The notes under the pieces were generated by a model. The model was given only the letters and a program-made list of their open reading frames with translations. It did not search any database and was not told the DNA's origin. This document shows positions 27,849 through 37,650 of a stretch of DNA of 64,000 bases, one piece after another. The position numbers and the translations under genes were made by a program. Each line of letters starts with the position of its first letter. Position 1 is the stretch's first letter. This DNA is from a virus. The DNA lies in IMG/VR virus record IMGVR_UViG_3300037264_004862, positions 32,001 through 96,000 of that record. The stretch is one strand, 5' to 3'.

Positions 27849-30262
27849 TATGCATTCGACCTATCCAACGGAATCACAATGCTTCCATTTTTAAGATTGA
27901 AACTTTTAAATTTTTCTTTCCAGACTACCCTCATACGTACACCATGCCCTTCTTTGAAGGCGTCCTCGCCATTAGATGCAAGGTCGTCGCGCCAGACCAT
28001 CACTCTAACATTTTCAACGCCGTCTGTGACAATAAGCTCACCGAATTCGGTGTTTTTACGTCTTAACGAAAATTTATCGATATAAACTTCTAAAATGCCA
28101 GATTTTTTAGCCGAGGCTATAGAAGCTTCAGTATCATGTACATATAAATCCATCGGAGAATGACAAGTATAACCAAGATAAGCTCGTTCAAAAGTCAATA
28201 GTTCTTCTAAGTTGAAATCATCAGATATTGCCATAACTTGGTCACGCGTAAGCTGCAAATTTTTAGCGATTTCCCAAGTAGCTTCATCATAGCTATCTGG
28301 AAGTTTGAGTTCTGCTTTTGGCCATGGCGTTTTTGGCGTCCATTTTGCAATTTTAGGCGGCAATACTTTACGTTTGGGGTATTGTGTATAAAATTCTTTA
28401 GCTTGACGCTGCCGTTCGGTTTCAATGGCCGTTAACGGCCAAGCATACGTACATTTAATAAGTTTTCTTATTTGTTTGCTGTCTTCATCGGTGCCATACT
28501 CATATTGATACCAAAGCCATGTAGCTTTACGATTTTTGTGTTGCTTATCGAATGCGCCTAGTTTAATTAGGCGCTCACATACAGTTTTACCTTTACCATT
28601 TTTAACAATAAAGTCGTCAATGTCAGTGTAAATACTACGGTTGGCTGCCATTGTTTCAGCCATCTTCCCATCCATGTTCTTAATGCTCGTTAGACCTGGA
28701 GTAACAACTTCTTCGTTCACTGAGAACTTAAGAGTAAGCTTATCACAATCAATAGATCCGAATTTGACACCTTCAGCGCGCGCATTACCCATATACTTGG
28801 CTAGCTTCATGCTGTCACAATCAGACATAACCGCTGCCCACCACTCAGCTGGATAATAAGCTTTTAAATATAAGCATCGTTGTGCTATAATGATGTAAGC
28901 AGTAGCGTGGGATTTATTAAAGGCATATCGGCCGAATGTTTCCATTTTATCCCACCATTCAGCCGCTTTTTCTTTGCCAAGAGTATTACATGCGCCTGCA
29001 AGCCACTTTTCTTTAACTGCCGGAAGTTTTTCTTTAATTTTCTTAGCGACGGCTTTTCTTGCCGCTTCAGCCTCTGGTACAGTAAATCCTCCTAAACCAC
29101 GCCAAATATCAGCTAATTGCTCCTGGTATACAACTACGCCAAAAGTACTTTTCAGCTTTTCTTTAATAGTTGGATCCTCACCATTTTCCCATTCCTCCTC
29201 ACCATCACGTCTCTTAACGTAGGTCTCAATCATCGGCATAGGGCCCGGACGGCCCAATGACGTATAGACAACCAAATCGTCAAAACTTTTAACGCCATTC
29301 ATGAGAATACGTTTCGCTAGTTCCGTTTCGAACTGGAAGACGGTTTCTGTTCTTAATTGCCTAGCTAACTCTAATGCGCCTTGGTCATTAAGTAAGATTG
29401 GATTTTTATTACCATCAACATCAATTTTCCAACCTGCGCGGTCCACTTCAGGATCAATATCAGTCCATTCAATAGTTACACCACGATTGGCTTTAATTAG
29501 TTCTAGACATGTTTTGATCCATAACAACGTCCTCAATCCTAGAATATCGAATTTTACGAATCCCATCTTCGAGAGCTGTGATGAAATGCTTTCAGTCCAA
29601 GCACTGGTCCAGCGCCCGCTGCATAAAGTCAAAGGTACATGATCCTTAATTGGCACATTTGATATAATAATACCACCCGCGTGGCGACCTTGTGCCTTGA
29701 TACCACCTACCATTCGGTAAGCCATATCAACTATCTCTTTATGTTCAATGGCGTACTTATGGAATTCCTGATAGTCTTTAATAGCATCTGTTAATTTTAA
29801 GTCGTCAAATTCGTCTGGCAAAATTTTAGTGAGGGCCATAATGGCGTCGAGGTCGCCCCCGAGGGCACGTACTGTGTCTTGTAAGGCCAATTTTGGTTTA
29901 TAGGTCTGCCACAACCCTACGCTGCAGACCTTATCGTGACCATAAACACTTGCGGCATATGTCTCAACTTTTTCTCGAGTACCAGGCAAAAGATCAATGT
30001 CAACATCCGGAAAGTCAGTCTCATACTTGATATTATGTGGAATGTTTTCTTTAATTGGGTCGATAGAAGTGATACCCAATAGGTAAGGCAAAACCATACC
30101 ATTCTTATTATGATTATATTTATTTTTTGAGAAACTAAGCCACTTGTCCTCAGCGCCTTGTTTTTCAATTTCTGAGAATTCGAATTTTAGGCGATCATGA
30201 TAGACTTTAGATAATGGCTTACATTTAGTTTCAGCTTCAATTTTAAGCTCTGTCCAAGTCAT
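27848..30262 (-). CDS. dnaE: DNA polymerase III alpha, C-terminal (catalytic) part of a split gene
   Basis: FPDVDID, RHAGG, KFDILGL, VFQFE, RPGP, YQEQ, YAFNKSHA, LKAYYP. Confidence 0.9.
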   Translation of the reverse strand: MTWTELKIEAETKCKPLSKVYHDRLKFEFSEIEKQGAEDKWLSFSKNKYNHNKNGMVLPYLLGITSIDPIKENIPHNIKYETDFPDVDIDLLPGTREKVETYAASVYGHDKVCSVGLWQTYKPKLALQDTVRALGGDLDAIMALTKILPDEFDDLKLTDAIKDYQEFHKYAIEHKEIVDMAYRMVGGIKAQGRHAGGIIISNVPIKDHVPLTLCSGRWTSAWTESISSQLSKMGFVKFDILGLRTLLWIKTCLELIKANRGVTIEWTDIDPEVDRAGWKIDVDGNKNPILLNDQGALELARQLRTETVFQFETELAKRILMNGVKSFDDLVVYTSLGRPGPMPMIETYVKRRDGEEEWENGEDPTIKEKLKSTFGVVVYQEQLADIWRGLGGFTVPEAEAARKAVAKKIKEKLPAVKEKWLAGACNTLGKEKAAEWWDKMETFGRYAFNKSHATAYIIIAQRCLYLKAYYPAEWWAAVMSDCDSMKLAKYMGNARAEGVKFGSIDCDKLTLKFSVNEEVVTPGLTSIKNMDGKMAETMAANRSIYTDIDDFIVKNGKGKTVCERLIKLGAFDKQHKNRKATWLWYQYEYGTDEDSKQIRKLIKCTYAWPLTAIETERQRQAKEFYTQYPKRKVLPPKIAKWTPKTPWPKAELKLPDSYDEATWEIAKNLQLTRDQVMAISDDFNLEELLTFERAYLGYTCHSPMDLYVHDTEASIASAKKSGILEVYIDKFSLRRKNTEFGELIVTDGVENVRVMVWRDDLASNGEDAFKEGHGVRMRVVWKEKFKSFNLKNGSIVIPLDRSNA

Positions 30263-30648
30263 TTAGCCTCTGCTTTTACCATTTCCTGTAATGCTTTCAT
30301 TGTAGTTGCTTTGCCAATCGTAACTTTCAGATTTGTAAATGGATCGGCGGCCTTCCGTGTACGCTCTACTAAATCGATATTACGCTCAGCTTTGGCTTTA
30401 TAGTTACCTTTCTCATTCTTCTCCATAAGCCGAGGAACATAAGAATTACAAGATTCTAATTCTATTTCTGGCTTGTTATCTTTAATGGCCTTTAAAGCAT
30501 ATTCTAATGCATAAAGCTCAGCTAGATTAGTGGTAGCCTTATTTAGTTTAATTGTTTTGATATATTCTTGGTCGCCACTCTTTAACCATATACCAAAGGC
30601 AGCCTTATCTTTAGAGGCATAACCATAAAACTGTCCTGTGATCTTCAT
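30259..30648 (-). CDS. RNase HI-like protein
   Basis: TTNLAELYALEYAL and NIDL; other acidic catalytic residues look substituted. Confidence 0.6.
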   Translation of the reverse strand: MKITGQFYGYASKDKAAFGIWLKSGDQEYIKTIKLNKATTNLAELYALEYALKAIKDNKPEIELESCNSYVPRLMEKNEKGNYKAKAERNIDLVERTRKAADPFTNLKVTIGKATTMKALQEMVKAEAK

Positions 30649-31073
30649 TTTCTTTCCTTTTCCTTTACTTCTTTAAGCACTGCCATGCATTTACTAACAT
30701 AATCAAGTGCCCATTGTTTGTAAGCAAATACTTCGTTTGGAGCTGGTGTAACTACTGGTAGTACTACATTTAGCTGTTTCGCATATGCCTGTATAGCTTC
30801 CTGCATTCCACGCAATGGTACAGTAATTAACCTTACCAAATCGTCGGCCATTAAAGCTTTCACATTAACTGGGGTATTTTCATCGAGATTTTCTACGGCA
30901 AGCTTAGCTACGTCTATCCATTTGAAATAATATTTTGTCAATGCAATATCAGTCTGGTCATTAGACGGAAGATTGCCTACCCATAGAGATGACATAGCAG
31001 TTACTTGGGCAGCTTCGGCCAATAACGTCATCAGCATCTCTTTGTTAATTTCTTGCTGCTGTTGGTTTTCCAT
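30645..31073 (-). CDS. Hypothetical protein
   Basis: 142-aa ORF, GAGG RBS, between the dnaE halves. Confidence 0.65.
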   Translation of the reverse strand: MENQQQQEINKEMLMTLLAEAAQVTAMSSLWVGNLPSNDQTDIALTKYYFKWIDVAKLAVENLDENTPVNVKALMADDLVRLITVPLRGMQEAIQAYAKQLNVVLPVVTPAPNEVFAYKQWALDYVSKCMAVLKEVKEKERK

Positions 31074-31079
31074 AATTCC

Positions 31080-32522
31080 TCACATATCAACCTTCAACAT
31101 GAATCCACCTCGACTTGGTGACAAAAAGCGGTCGAAACTCAAACCCCATTTCAGTGGATCCATATCATGTATGCCCAGAAGGTAACATACTAAGCTACCT
31201 CCAGCCGACCCTCGCGCAGGACCAACATCCCAACTGTTATCTCTGGCGTGTTGAACAAGATTACGGGTGATCAAGAAGTATGATGAGAATTTCTTCTCAA
31301 TAATCCTACTAAGCTCTATGCGTATTTGCTCTTTATAGGTTACCATTTTACTATCAATTAAATAACGATTTTCACACTTATGAAGCCCTTTATGTATGAG
31401 AGATTGGGCTACAAGTTTTTGGATCATCTCATCGGCGCCTTGAATTTCTGGAAGCTTAGGTGATAGATCAGGCGCAAAAGCTGAACACTTTTCTGAAATG
31501 GCCATCGTATTATCACAGACTCGCTCGAACCAGTTTATGTTGTCGTATTTATCATATCCCTGTTCAACATAAATCTGCCTAAACTGAGCTCGATTCTTGA
31601 AAAACCCTTCATCAGAATCAACATGGAACAAATTCGGATCAGTAACCAAAGTATTCTGTTCAACTGCCATCATTGTCTTTTGTAGTTCAAAATCACGGCG
31701 ATGAAGGTAATGCAAATCGCCTGTCATTACCGCTGGAATTTCAAGCTTTTTAGATATATCAGACATCTGATAGAAGACCTCTCGAGCGCCTTCGATTGAT
31801 TCTCCTGGAATTTGAAGTTCAATATAGAAATCATCACCAAAGACATCACGCATTTTCTTAGTATAATCAATTGCTTTCCGGTAATAGTTTATCGTGCCAA
31901 TTTTATTGTTCTTAGCTTTTTCTTTATGGGCAAGACGGAGCTCATGACAAATTGGACCATTCAAACATCCCGACAATACTATCAAACCTTCACGGTACTT
32001 GATTAACTGTTCCATCCAAGTACGTGGCTTATTGTAGTACAATCCCATCTCGTATGCTTCATGCATTAGAGCAATAAGATTACGGTAACCCGTCATGTTC
32101 TTACAAATGACTGTAAGATGTCTATTTCTTCTGTACCTGTCCACGAATTCAGGATCAGTAACCTTGAGAGTAGCAAGACTAATATCTTTTGCTTGCCATT
32201 CTTGCATCTTTTGGTGATAGTCATTGAAGTAAATTTCACAGGCTCCAATAAACTTTATATTGTGTTCTTGGGCCGCCCAATATGCATCTGGTAGGCCTGC
32301 GAGACTTCCATGATCACTTAATGCAAATGACTTCATGCCCAACTGTTTGGCTCTTATAATATATTGTTCTGGAGTTCCTACTCCGTCGAGAGTCGAATAC
32401 AAACTATGAGCGTGAAGGTGACAAAAATCTGTAGGGCCAGCATATTTTACCTCAGCCTCCGCAGATTGCTCAAGCTCCTTTGTGACTTCTTTCTGCTGTT
32501 CTTCGCTTAATAGCTCACTCAT
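31080..32522 (-). CDS. dnaE: DNA polymerase III alpha, N-terminal PHP part of a split gene
   Basis: HLHAHSLYSTLDG, LSDHG, HLT, LSGCL, TGDLHY, GPARGSAGGSLVCYLLGI..DP, FDRFL. Confidence 0.9.
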   Translation of the reverse strand: MSELLSEEQQKEVTKELEQSAEAEVKYAGPTDFCHLHAHSLYSTLDGVGTPEQYIIRAKQLGMKSFALSDHGSLAGLPDAYWAAQEHNIKFIGACEIYFNDYHQKMQEWQAKDISLATLKVTDPEFVDRYRRNRHLTVICKNMTGYRNLIALMHEAYEMGLYYNKPRTWMEQLIKYREGLIVLSGCLNGPICHELRLAHKEKAKNNKIGTINYYRKAIDYTKKMRDVFGDDFYIELQIPGESIEGAREVFYQMSDISKKLEIPAVMTGDLHYLHRRDFELQKTMMAVEQNTLVTDPNLFHVDSDEGFFKNRAQFRQIYVEQGYDKYDNINWFERVCDNTMAISEKCSAFAPDLSPKLPEIQGADEMIQKLVAQSLIHKGLHKCENRYLIDSKMVTYKEQIRIELSRIIEKKFSSYFLITRNLVQHARDNSWDVGPARGSAGGSLVCYLLGIHDMDPLKWGLSFDRFLSPSRGGFMLKVDM

Positions 32523-32838
32523 TTTTAGGGTCCGACATCATTTTAAGTACTTCTTCTAATGGTAATATAGCCGAACTATCGAAATTAATTTGTTTTGGGT
32601 TTTGTATAAAACTAAAAAACTGTTTCTTGTCTACTGGCTTCCAACATTTAACTTTACTATAATAATCGTCACTTGATTGTATTTGTACCCAAATTATCCC
32701 AAAGCGTTCTCTAAATTCATAAACATTACCAGTAGATGACATAAGGACGTGAAAACCTGCACCAAAAAAATTATAAAGAATATCATACTCACCAGGTTCT
32801 CTATAGAACATAACATATGGAGGCGGCATCTGCGGCAT
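32515..32838 (-). CDS. Hypothetical protein (paralog of the C-terminus of 32864..33418)
   Basis: DIL..FFG...H.L, WVQ, W...D..F..F, EVLKMM shared. Confidence 0.6.
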   Translation of the reverse strand: MPQMPPPYVMFYREPGEYDILYNFFGAGFHVLMSSTGNVYEFRERFGIIWVQIQSSDDYYSKVKCWKPVDKKQFFSFIQNPKQINFDSSAILPLEEVLKMMSDPKNE

Positions 32839-32863
32839 TTATACCTGTTTGATTATAATTTAC

Positions 32864-33418
32864 TTAAGGCTTTGGAGGTGAATTCTCAGGTTTCGCCATA
32901 CGTTTCAAGACTTCAGCTTTATTAAGCTTAGTGCCTAAAAATACAATTTGTTCACTATTGGCGAAAGCTAAGAATTCTTCACGATCATAGGCTGCCCAAC
33001 TATTCAGAGTTTCTTGGAGCCAAACCATATTAAGCTTGTCCATGAATGGCACAAAGCGCGCTCCACCATCAGTTTCATCAAGAATTACTAATGCATGAAC
33101 CTCGGGACCAAAAAAATCACCCAGAATATCAGCTTTCTCTTTGCCTTTAGTGATTGTGGTTGTAACATTAAAAGTATTAGTAGTATTAAAATAAGTGCTG
33201 CCCGAAGCACCATAAGGAGGACAAGTCATAATGTTACAATTACAACCTCCCCAGCCCATTCCACCACATATACCGCAATTATTCCCACTACCCATATTGT
33301 TTGTGTTATCTGAAACCCATGATTTCACATTACTCAATTGAGATGCGGTAAATTTATAATTTATAGCACCCAACATTGGCTTCGAATAAGGGTCGCCACA
33401 AGCATTATCTGAAGGCAT
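32864..33418 (-). CDS. Hypothetical protein with Cys/Gly-rich N-terminus
   Basis: CGICGGMGWGGCNC, then a domain paralogous to the neighbour; AGAGG RBS. Confidence 0.6.
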   Translation of the reverse strand: MPSDNACGDPYSKPMLGAINYKFTASQLSNVKSWVSDNTNNMGSGNNCGICGGMGWGGCNCNIMTCPPYGASGSTYFNTTNTFNVTTTITKGKEKADILGDFFGPEVHALVILDETDGGARFVPFMDKLNMVWLQETLNSWAAYDREEFLAFANSEQIVFLGTKLNKAEVLKRMAKPENSPPKP

Positions 33419-33458
33419 AATAAAACCTCTTTCTATTAATTATATACTATGTAAAACT

Positions 33459-33917
33459 TTAGAAGGAACCGTAATCTGTTTCTGGATCAAGATCAGAAAT
33501 GCCATACTGGTCTTTAGTAGCGTCGATACCTTCCCATTCAGATGCCCCTAATGCTTCTAGTACACCTGCTAGAACTGGTTTCATATTAGGCGGTACATTT
33601 ATCTCTTGTTGAGTTTTTTGAGCTAAACCTAAAGTCCATCGATTAAGCACTTCGCGTTCCACGACTGTAATTTCTAAAGCGTTTATCCAATCTTCTATTT
33701 CAGCTGGAGTTGCACTTTTTAGATAATCTATGATCGGCCCATGATCTTTATTGACAGGGTGTTCAATAATATTAATGAAGGAATCAAGGCTTTCAGTTAC
33801 TATACCAAAAGTCTTGGCCATTTTGTTTTCGAATATGGTATAGTCAGTTTTCTTAATTTGATCTTTAGGATTCAAAGAATCATCAATTCTCTTGAATAGA
33901 TCGTCGAATGTATCCAC
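33459..33917 (-). CDS. Hypothetical acidic protein
   Basis: 152-aa ORF. Confidence 0.6.
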   Translation of the reverse strand: MDTFDDLFKRIDDSLNPKDQIKKTDYTIFENKMAKTFGIVTESLDSFINIIEHPVNKDHGPIIDYLKSATPAEIEDWINALEITVVEREVLNRWTLGLAQKTQQEINVPPNMKPVLAGVLEALGASEWEGIDATKDQYGISDLDPETDYGSF

Positions 33918-33926
33918 GAAGTATTT

Positions 33927-34301
33927 TTACTGACCATCGCTCTTACTACATTCAGAAAGCGTTACTCCTTTAAGAGTTTTGGCCTTCTTCATACAACATT
34001 CTTCTTCATCGTGCCCAACGACCGCGACGATAACACGCTCAGTTATCATAACATACTTTTCTGAGCCAACTGATATCTCATCGCCAGTATGGGCAGGAAG
34101 TTGAACAAGATCTCCTACCTGGACTTCAGGTGGGATAGGAGCCCCATCAGAAAACAATCCACGGCCTACTGCCATTACTTTGGCTGTGCGAAATTTGTTC
34201 GAAGTTTTAGGCAAAAGTAGGCCACTTGGGGTCGTTTCTTCAGTTTCAAAAACCTTAACGATAACGCGGTCACTTAATGGTTTAATTGGGAAAGTATTCA
34301 T
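33927..34301 (-). CDS. groES: Co-chaperonin GroES
   Basis: IKPLSDRVIV, TPSGLLLP, VMAVGRG, VQVGD; start re-set to 34301 (GAGG RBS). Confidence 0.9.
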   Translation of the reverse strand: MNTFPIKPLSDRVIVKVFETEETTPSGLLLPKTSNKFRTAKVMAVGRGLFSDGAPIPPEVQVGDLVQLPAHTGDEISVGSEKYVMITERVIVAVVGHDEEECCMKKAKTLKGVTLSECSKSDGQ

Positions 34302-34394
34302 TTTAGATTCCTCTATAATATTTACAATTGGATAAGATTTGATTAAATGGCAACCGTATCCACACCAATCTTTTAATGTATGTGGACAGCTCAT

Positions 34395-34694
34395 TTAGTT
34401 CTTGTCAATGAATCGTTCTAGCACGCGATAAATTTTATCATCGAGACTGTCGCGCAGTTTTTGAGGTACCATGAGATACCAACGCCCAATGATTTGGGCT
34501 TCCACTATAGAAATGAGGAATGAATCATATGAATTTTTCTTTATCATTGTGCCTATAGCTTTATAGACCTTATTGCAAAATTTATTATCGATATCCGTGC
34601 GTTGAGGAGACTCTACAAACATAAACCAGTCATGAACCGTTTCACATTCTTTAATATCTAATGGTAACTTCTTTGCCCTTGTTCGCATAGCCAT
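34395..34694 (-). CDS. Hypothetical protein
   Basis: 99-aa ORF. Confidence 0.55.
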   Translation of the reverse strand: MAMRTRAKKLPLDIKECETVHDWFMFVESPQRTDIDNKFCNKVYKAIGTMIKKNSYDSFLISIVEAQIIGRWYLMVPQKLRDSLDDKIYRVLERFIDKN

Positions 34695-34767
34695 TAATTC
34701 CGTTGTTGATATATTTATATATAAATCTACATTTGCTCGTTTTCAGTAATTATACAATGAGGATGCA

Positions 34768-35307
34768 TTAACATGCATGTTCAATGTCATATAATTTTTG
34801 GCGCCATGCATCAACTATTGGTTTTAAAGCAATCCGACATTGAGTTAAATCAGCAGCTATAAAAGGTTTAATATGAAAAAATTTCCAATTTTTATAGAAT
34901 TCACGACTTAATATTAGTTCTTCTCTTTGTTTATCATCTTCTATTATATGTTCAGGCCCATCTATTTCAATAAATATTTTAAGCTTAGTAATAGCAAAGT
35001 CTGGTTGCCTAAACGTTTTCTCGACGCCTACAACTTTCTCTCTTTCAAATCGAATTTTATACTGTATTAATAGATTGAAAACATTACTAACACCTTTGGG
35101 CCATCGTGTTTTGTTTTTTATTGCATATTCATGATTTTCAAATTTACTATCCATTCTTTCTTGTCGTCGTCTAACTCTACCTTTTTGTTCTAATATTATT
35201 TTGGCTTCTTGTTGTTTTTTAAATTTAATAATTTGCCACTTCTTCTTTATTGCCAATTCTTCCCCAATTTTCTTCCAGTATCCATCCATAGCTGTTAAAT
35301 ACACCAA
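34768..35307 (-). CDS. DUF559/Vsr-like PD-(D/E)xK endonuclease
   Basis: FEREK, PDF, IEIDG.EH, D.QR; start uncertain. Confidence 0.7.
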   Translation of the reverse strand: MVYLTAMDGYWKKIGEELAIKKKWQIIKFKKQQEAKIILEQKGRVRRRQERMDSKFENHEYAIKNKTRWPKGVSNVFNLLIQYKIRFEREKVVGVEKTFRQPDFAITKLKIFIEIDGPEHIIEDDKQREELILSREFYKNWKFFHIKPFIAADLTQCRIALKPIVDAWRQKLYDIEHAC

Positions 35308-35314
35308 AAGCTTG

Positions 35315-35640
35315 TCCCCAGAACCAGGTGGAGGGGAGAAATAGGTGCTTCAAACAACCTATTCTTGCTTCTTATTGCCGAATTGGGGGGACCCAACCGT
35401 CATTGGAAACGAATTTTGCTGACAGATTCCCGTTAGATGTGTCGTTTTTGTCGTATCCCCAGAACCAAGCAACAAAGCACCTACGACTGCATGAAGGAAT
35501 TGTAGATCAGCGTCTCTATCCTTCATGTGGAAGGGAGTGTATTCTCCGACATTCTCAAATTCATGAGAACAACGGGGTACTACACTCCCTTTAGGATGGC
35601 TCATGGTACAACCATCCAGACCAACCCGGCACAGTGGCCT
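35315..35640. other. Multi-hairpin non-coding element (structured ncRNA or replication-origin candidate)
   Basis: At least six stems, e.g. AAGGGAGTGTA/TACACTCCCTT, CATGAAGGA/TCCTTCATG, GGATGG/CCATCC, GTCGTA/TACGAC, TTGGG-GGGA-CCCAA, AATAGGT/ACCTATT; 12-bp direct repeat TCCCCAGAACCA. Confidence 0.5.
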
Positions 35641-35820
35641 ATAACCACTTTTACTAACTGGTATTGTTTGGTAAGCTATATCAATAATGGATTTTAACTT
35701 AAACTTCTTAATATTAAGGTACCCGGTGTTAATGGGACTAGCGCCCCCACCGTACGGCACACAATGTTCAATATGAGTAGACATTATCCGTAATATGTAC
35801 AGCAGCCAAATTTACTAGAG

Positions 35821-36366
35821 ATGAAATTAAGATTATTATCTGAGGAATCCTCAGATAATCTTTTAGAAGACCCTAGGTGGTTCATGGATACCATTACTCG
35901 CCTTGCTATACCAGTAGATTATCAGCTAGCCAAGGATAGAATCAAACAAGAGGTTGATTCTATTGGCGGGTTTGGTAATGACGATCGTTCTATGAATAAT
36001 ATATTTGAAGCCATTCAGAAATCATGGCTTTGTGCTAGAATTAATGTAGAAGACTATCAGCAATATTTCCAAAAACCAGTCGGTGAGTTCCATGCTGATG
36101 ATGAATTTGGTGGCGGGTTTGGTACTAATAAGCGAGTAATAAAAGTCAATGATAAGAGTATCATTGTGACTTTGAGGATGAATTATGGCGATACCGACCG
36201 CATTACTGGTGAAGGTACGTTTCCTAAAGACATTGTCGCCACGTTGCAAAAAACTTATACCGACAATAAGTTAATTATATTACAGGCGCTTGACTCATAC
36301 CTTAGAGACAATGGAAGTAGCATTAGAGAGAAATTTGGCTTGAGGATCCCAGTTCACGGTATGTAA
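35821..36366 (+). CDS. FHxDDxF-family protein 1
   Basis: MKLRLLSE leader; EFHADDEF; FPKDI helix. Confidence 0.75.
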   Translation: MKLRLLSEESSDNLLEDPRWFMDTITRLAIPVDYQLAKDRIKQEVDSIGGFGNDDRSMNNIFEAIQKSWLCARINVEDYQQYFQKPVGEFHADDEFGGGFGTNKRVIKVNDKSIIVTLRMNYGDTDRITGEGTFPKDIVATLQKTYTDNKLIILQALDSYLRDNGSSIREKFGLRIPVHGM

Positions 36367-36367
36367 C

Positions 36368-36793
36368 ATGAAACTCACTAAACTATTTTTGGAAGCTACT
36401 GATCCTCAACTATTAACACAATGGTGGGAAGGACTGAAATATATTAGGCACCAAATTTCTAAGAGGTTTAAAGGTTATAGAACCATCATTAAACAATTAC
36501 AATTTGAAGACCCTGAATTGGTTAAGAATGCATTTAATAATTTTATGGAAATAACTACTCCATTAATAGTTTATGTGTTATCTGGATCACTTAAAAATTT
36601 GCCACAAACAGCGCCTCCAGAATTAGAATTTCATGTTGATGACCAGTTTTCTAGGGAAAACATGGCTGTTGAGGTAAAGATTTTCCCTGATGGTGTTGAA
36701 TCTGAACTAGCTATGCCTCAAGAAATTAAAGATTACCTAGTTCATATAGTAAACAGACAGAAAGCGTCTTTATACGACGCATTAGATTTATGA
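36368..36793 (+). CDS. FHxDDxF-family protein 2
   Basis: MKLTKLFLE; EFHVDDQF; MPQEI. Confidence 0.75.
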   Translation: MKLTKLFLEATDPQLLTQWWEGLKYIRHQISKRFKGYRTIIKQLQFEDPELVKNAFNNFMEITTPLIVYVLSGSLKNLPQTAPPELEFHVDDQFSRENMAVEVKIFPDGVESELAMPQEIKDYLVHIVNRQKASLYDALDL

Positions 36794-37650
36794 AACTTTC
36801 TACTTTATCTGAGGCACTTCATCCACGCCTGAAGGCCACTATGGCAGAAATCAATGCTGATTTAATAAAGGCGTTGGTTTCGTCAGGTGTAAAATTTACA
36901 CCTGACTCAGATGTTGAATTGAAGTATAGCGCAGGAGGGTTTCCTGCAGGATGGAATGTTGGTACATTAGAAATTGATAGCGCTACTCATACAATATGGG
37001 CGAATTTTAATGGACAAGTAGGGGTAGCTATCGAATATACACTACCAAACCGTTGGTATACACCGGCAGAACTAATTGCTACATCACAACGTAGAGCTAA
37101 ACGCGAAGTGACATTCAAAGCCAAGCCAGAAGCAAATCGATTAGTAAGCATGTTAAAAAAATTTGGGCAACCAATATCTGCCTATTTTAGACCACCTAGT
37201 AATCCTGCAAAATCAACTTATGACGAAGGTTGGTATAAAAGTACAGATGCTCTGTGGCGCGGTCGACCCGAGCTCGGGATGGGGGATGGCATTATTGAAT
37301 ACATTAAAACACATAATCTAACATCAGAAGCTATTGAAAAGTTAAAAGATTCATTTTCAATGTCTGTAATGCCCCAGCGTTGGAAGCAGGTTCAAGAGAA
37401 AGCTGGAGTAATACTTCCAGAAGAACCACAGAATTTAGAATTCCATACAGATGATAGTTTTTCACGTGATGATGTTTTTTTGTTAATTAATAAGGATGTG
37501 ATATCGCTTACTGATTGGCGTGCACAGTTCAAACCCATAACTGTTGTGACTTGGTGGCCACCAGAAATAACAAATGCTTTACGTCAAGTATGGCAAGACG
37601 CTTATGATGAATTTCTTACTAGCATCGAAAAAGCGAAGAAACAACCATGA
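36790..37650 (+). CDS. FHxDDxF-family protein 3
   Basis: MKLSTLSE; EFHTDDSF; VTWWPPEI. Confidence 0.75.
   Translation: MKLSTLSEALHPRLKATMAEINADLIKALVSSGVKFTPDSDVELKYSAGGFPAGWNVGTLEIDSATHTIWANFNGQVGVAIEYTLPNRWYTPAELIATSQRRAKREVTFKAKPEANRLVSMLKKFGQPISAYFRPPSNPAKSTYDEGWYKSTDALWRGRPELGMGDGIIEYIKTHNLTSEAIEKLKDSFSMSVMPQRWKQVQEKAGVILPEEPQNLEFHTDDSFSRDDVFLLINKDVISLTDWRAQFKPITVVTWWPPEITNALRQVWQDAYDEFLTSIEKAKKQP

Noticed and set aside
30259-31080. Split intein or intron interrupting dnaE
   Set aside because: No Cys/Ser-start or His-Asn intein motifs; the gap is filled by two coupled ORFs with no group I/II structure visible
34768-35640. OMEGA/HEARO-type RNA-guided system
   Set aside because: The nuclease is DUF559/Vsr-like with no RuvC or HNH motifs, and no transposon ends are visible; kept only as an unproven RNA-nuclease adjacency
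35328-35748. tmRNA on the - strand (GGGGGCG ... CCCCTCCACC with a G3.U70-like pair)
   Set aside because: Mismatch in the stem, no canonical T-loop, no GAC D-loop motif and no CCA; wobble pairs favour the other strand
35359-35784. 141-aa ORF (-) and 88-aa ORF 35328..35594 (+)
   Set aside because: No RBS or recognisable motifs; they overlap a dense hairpin region better explained as non-coding, though this is not excluded
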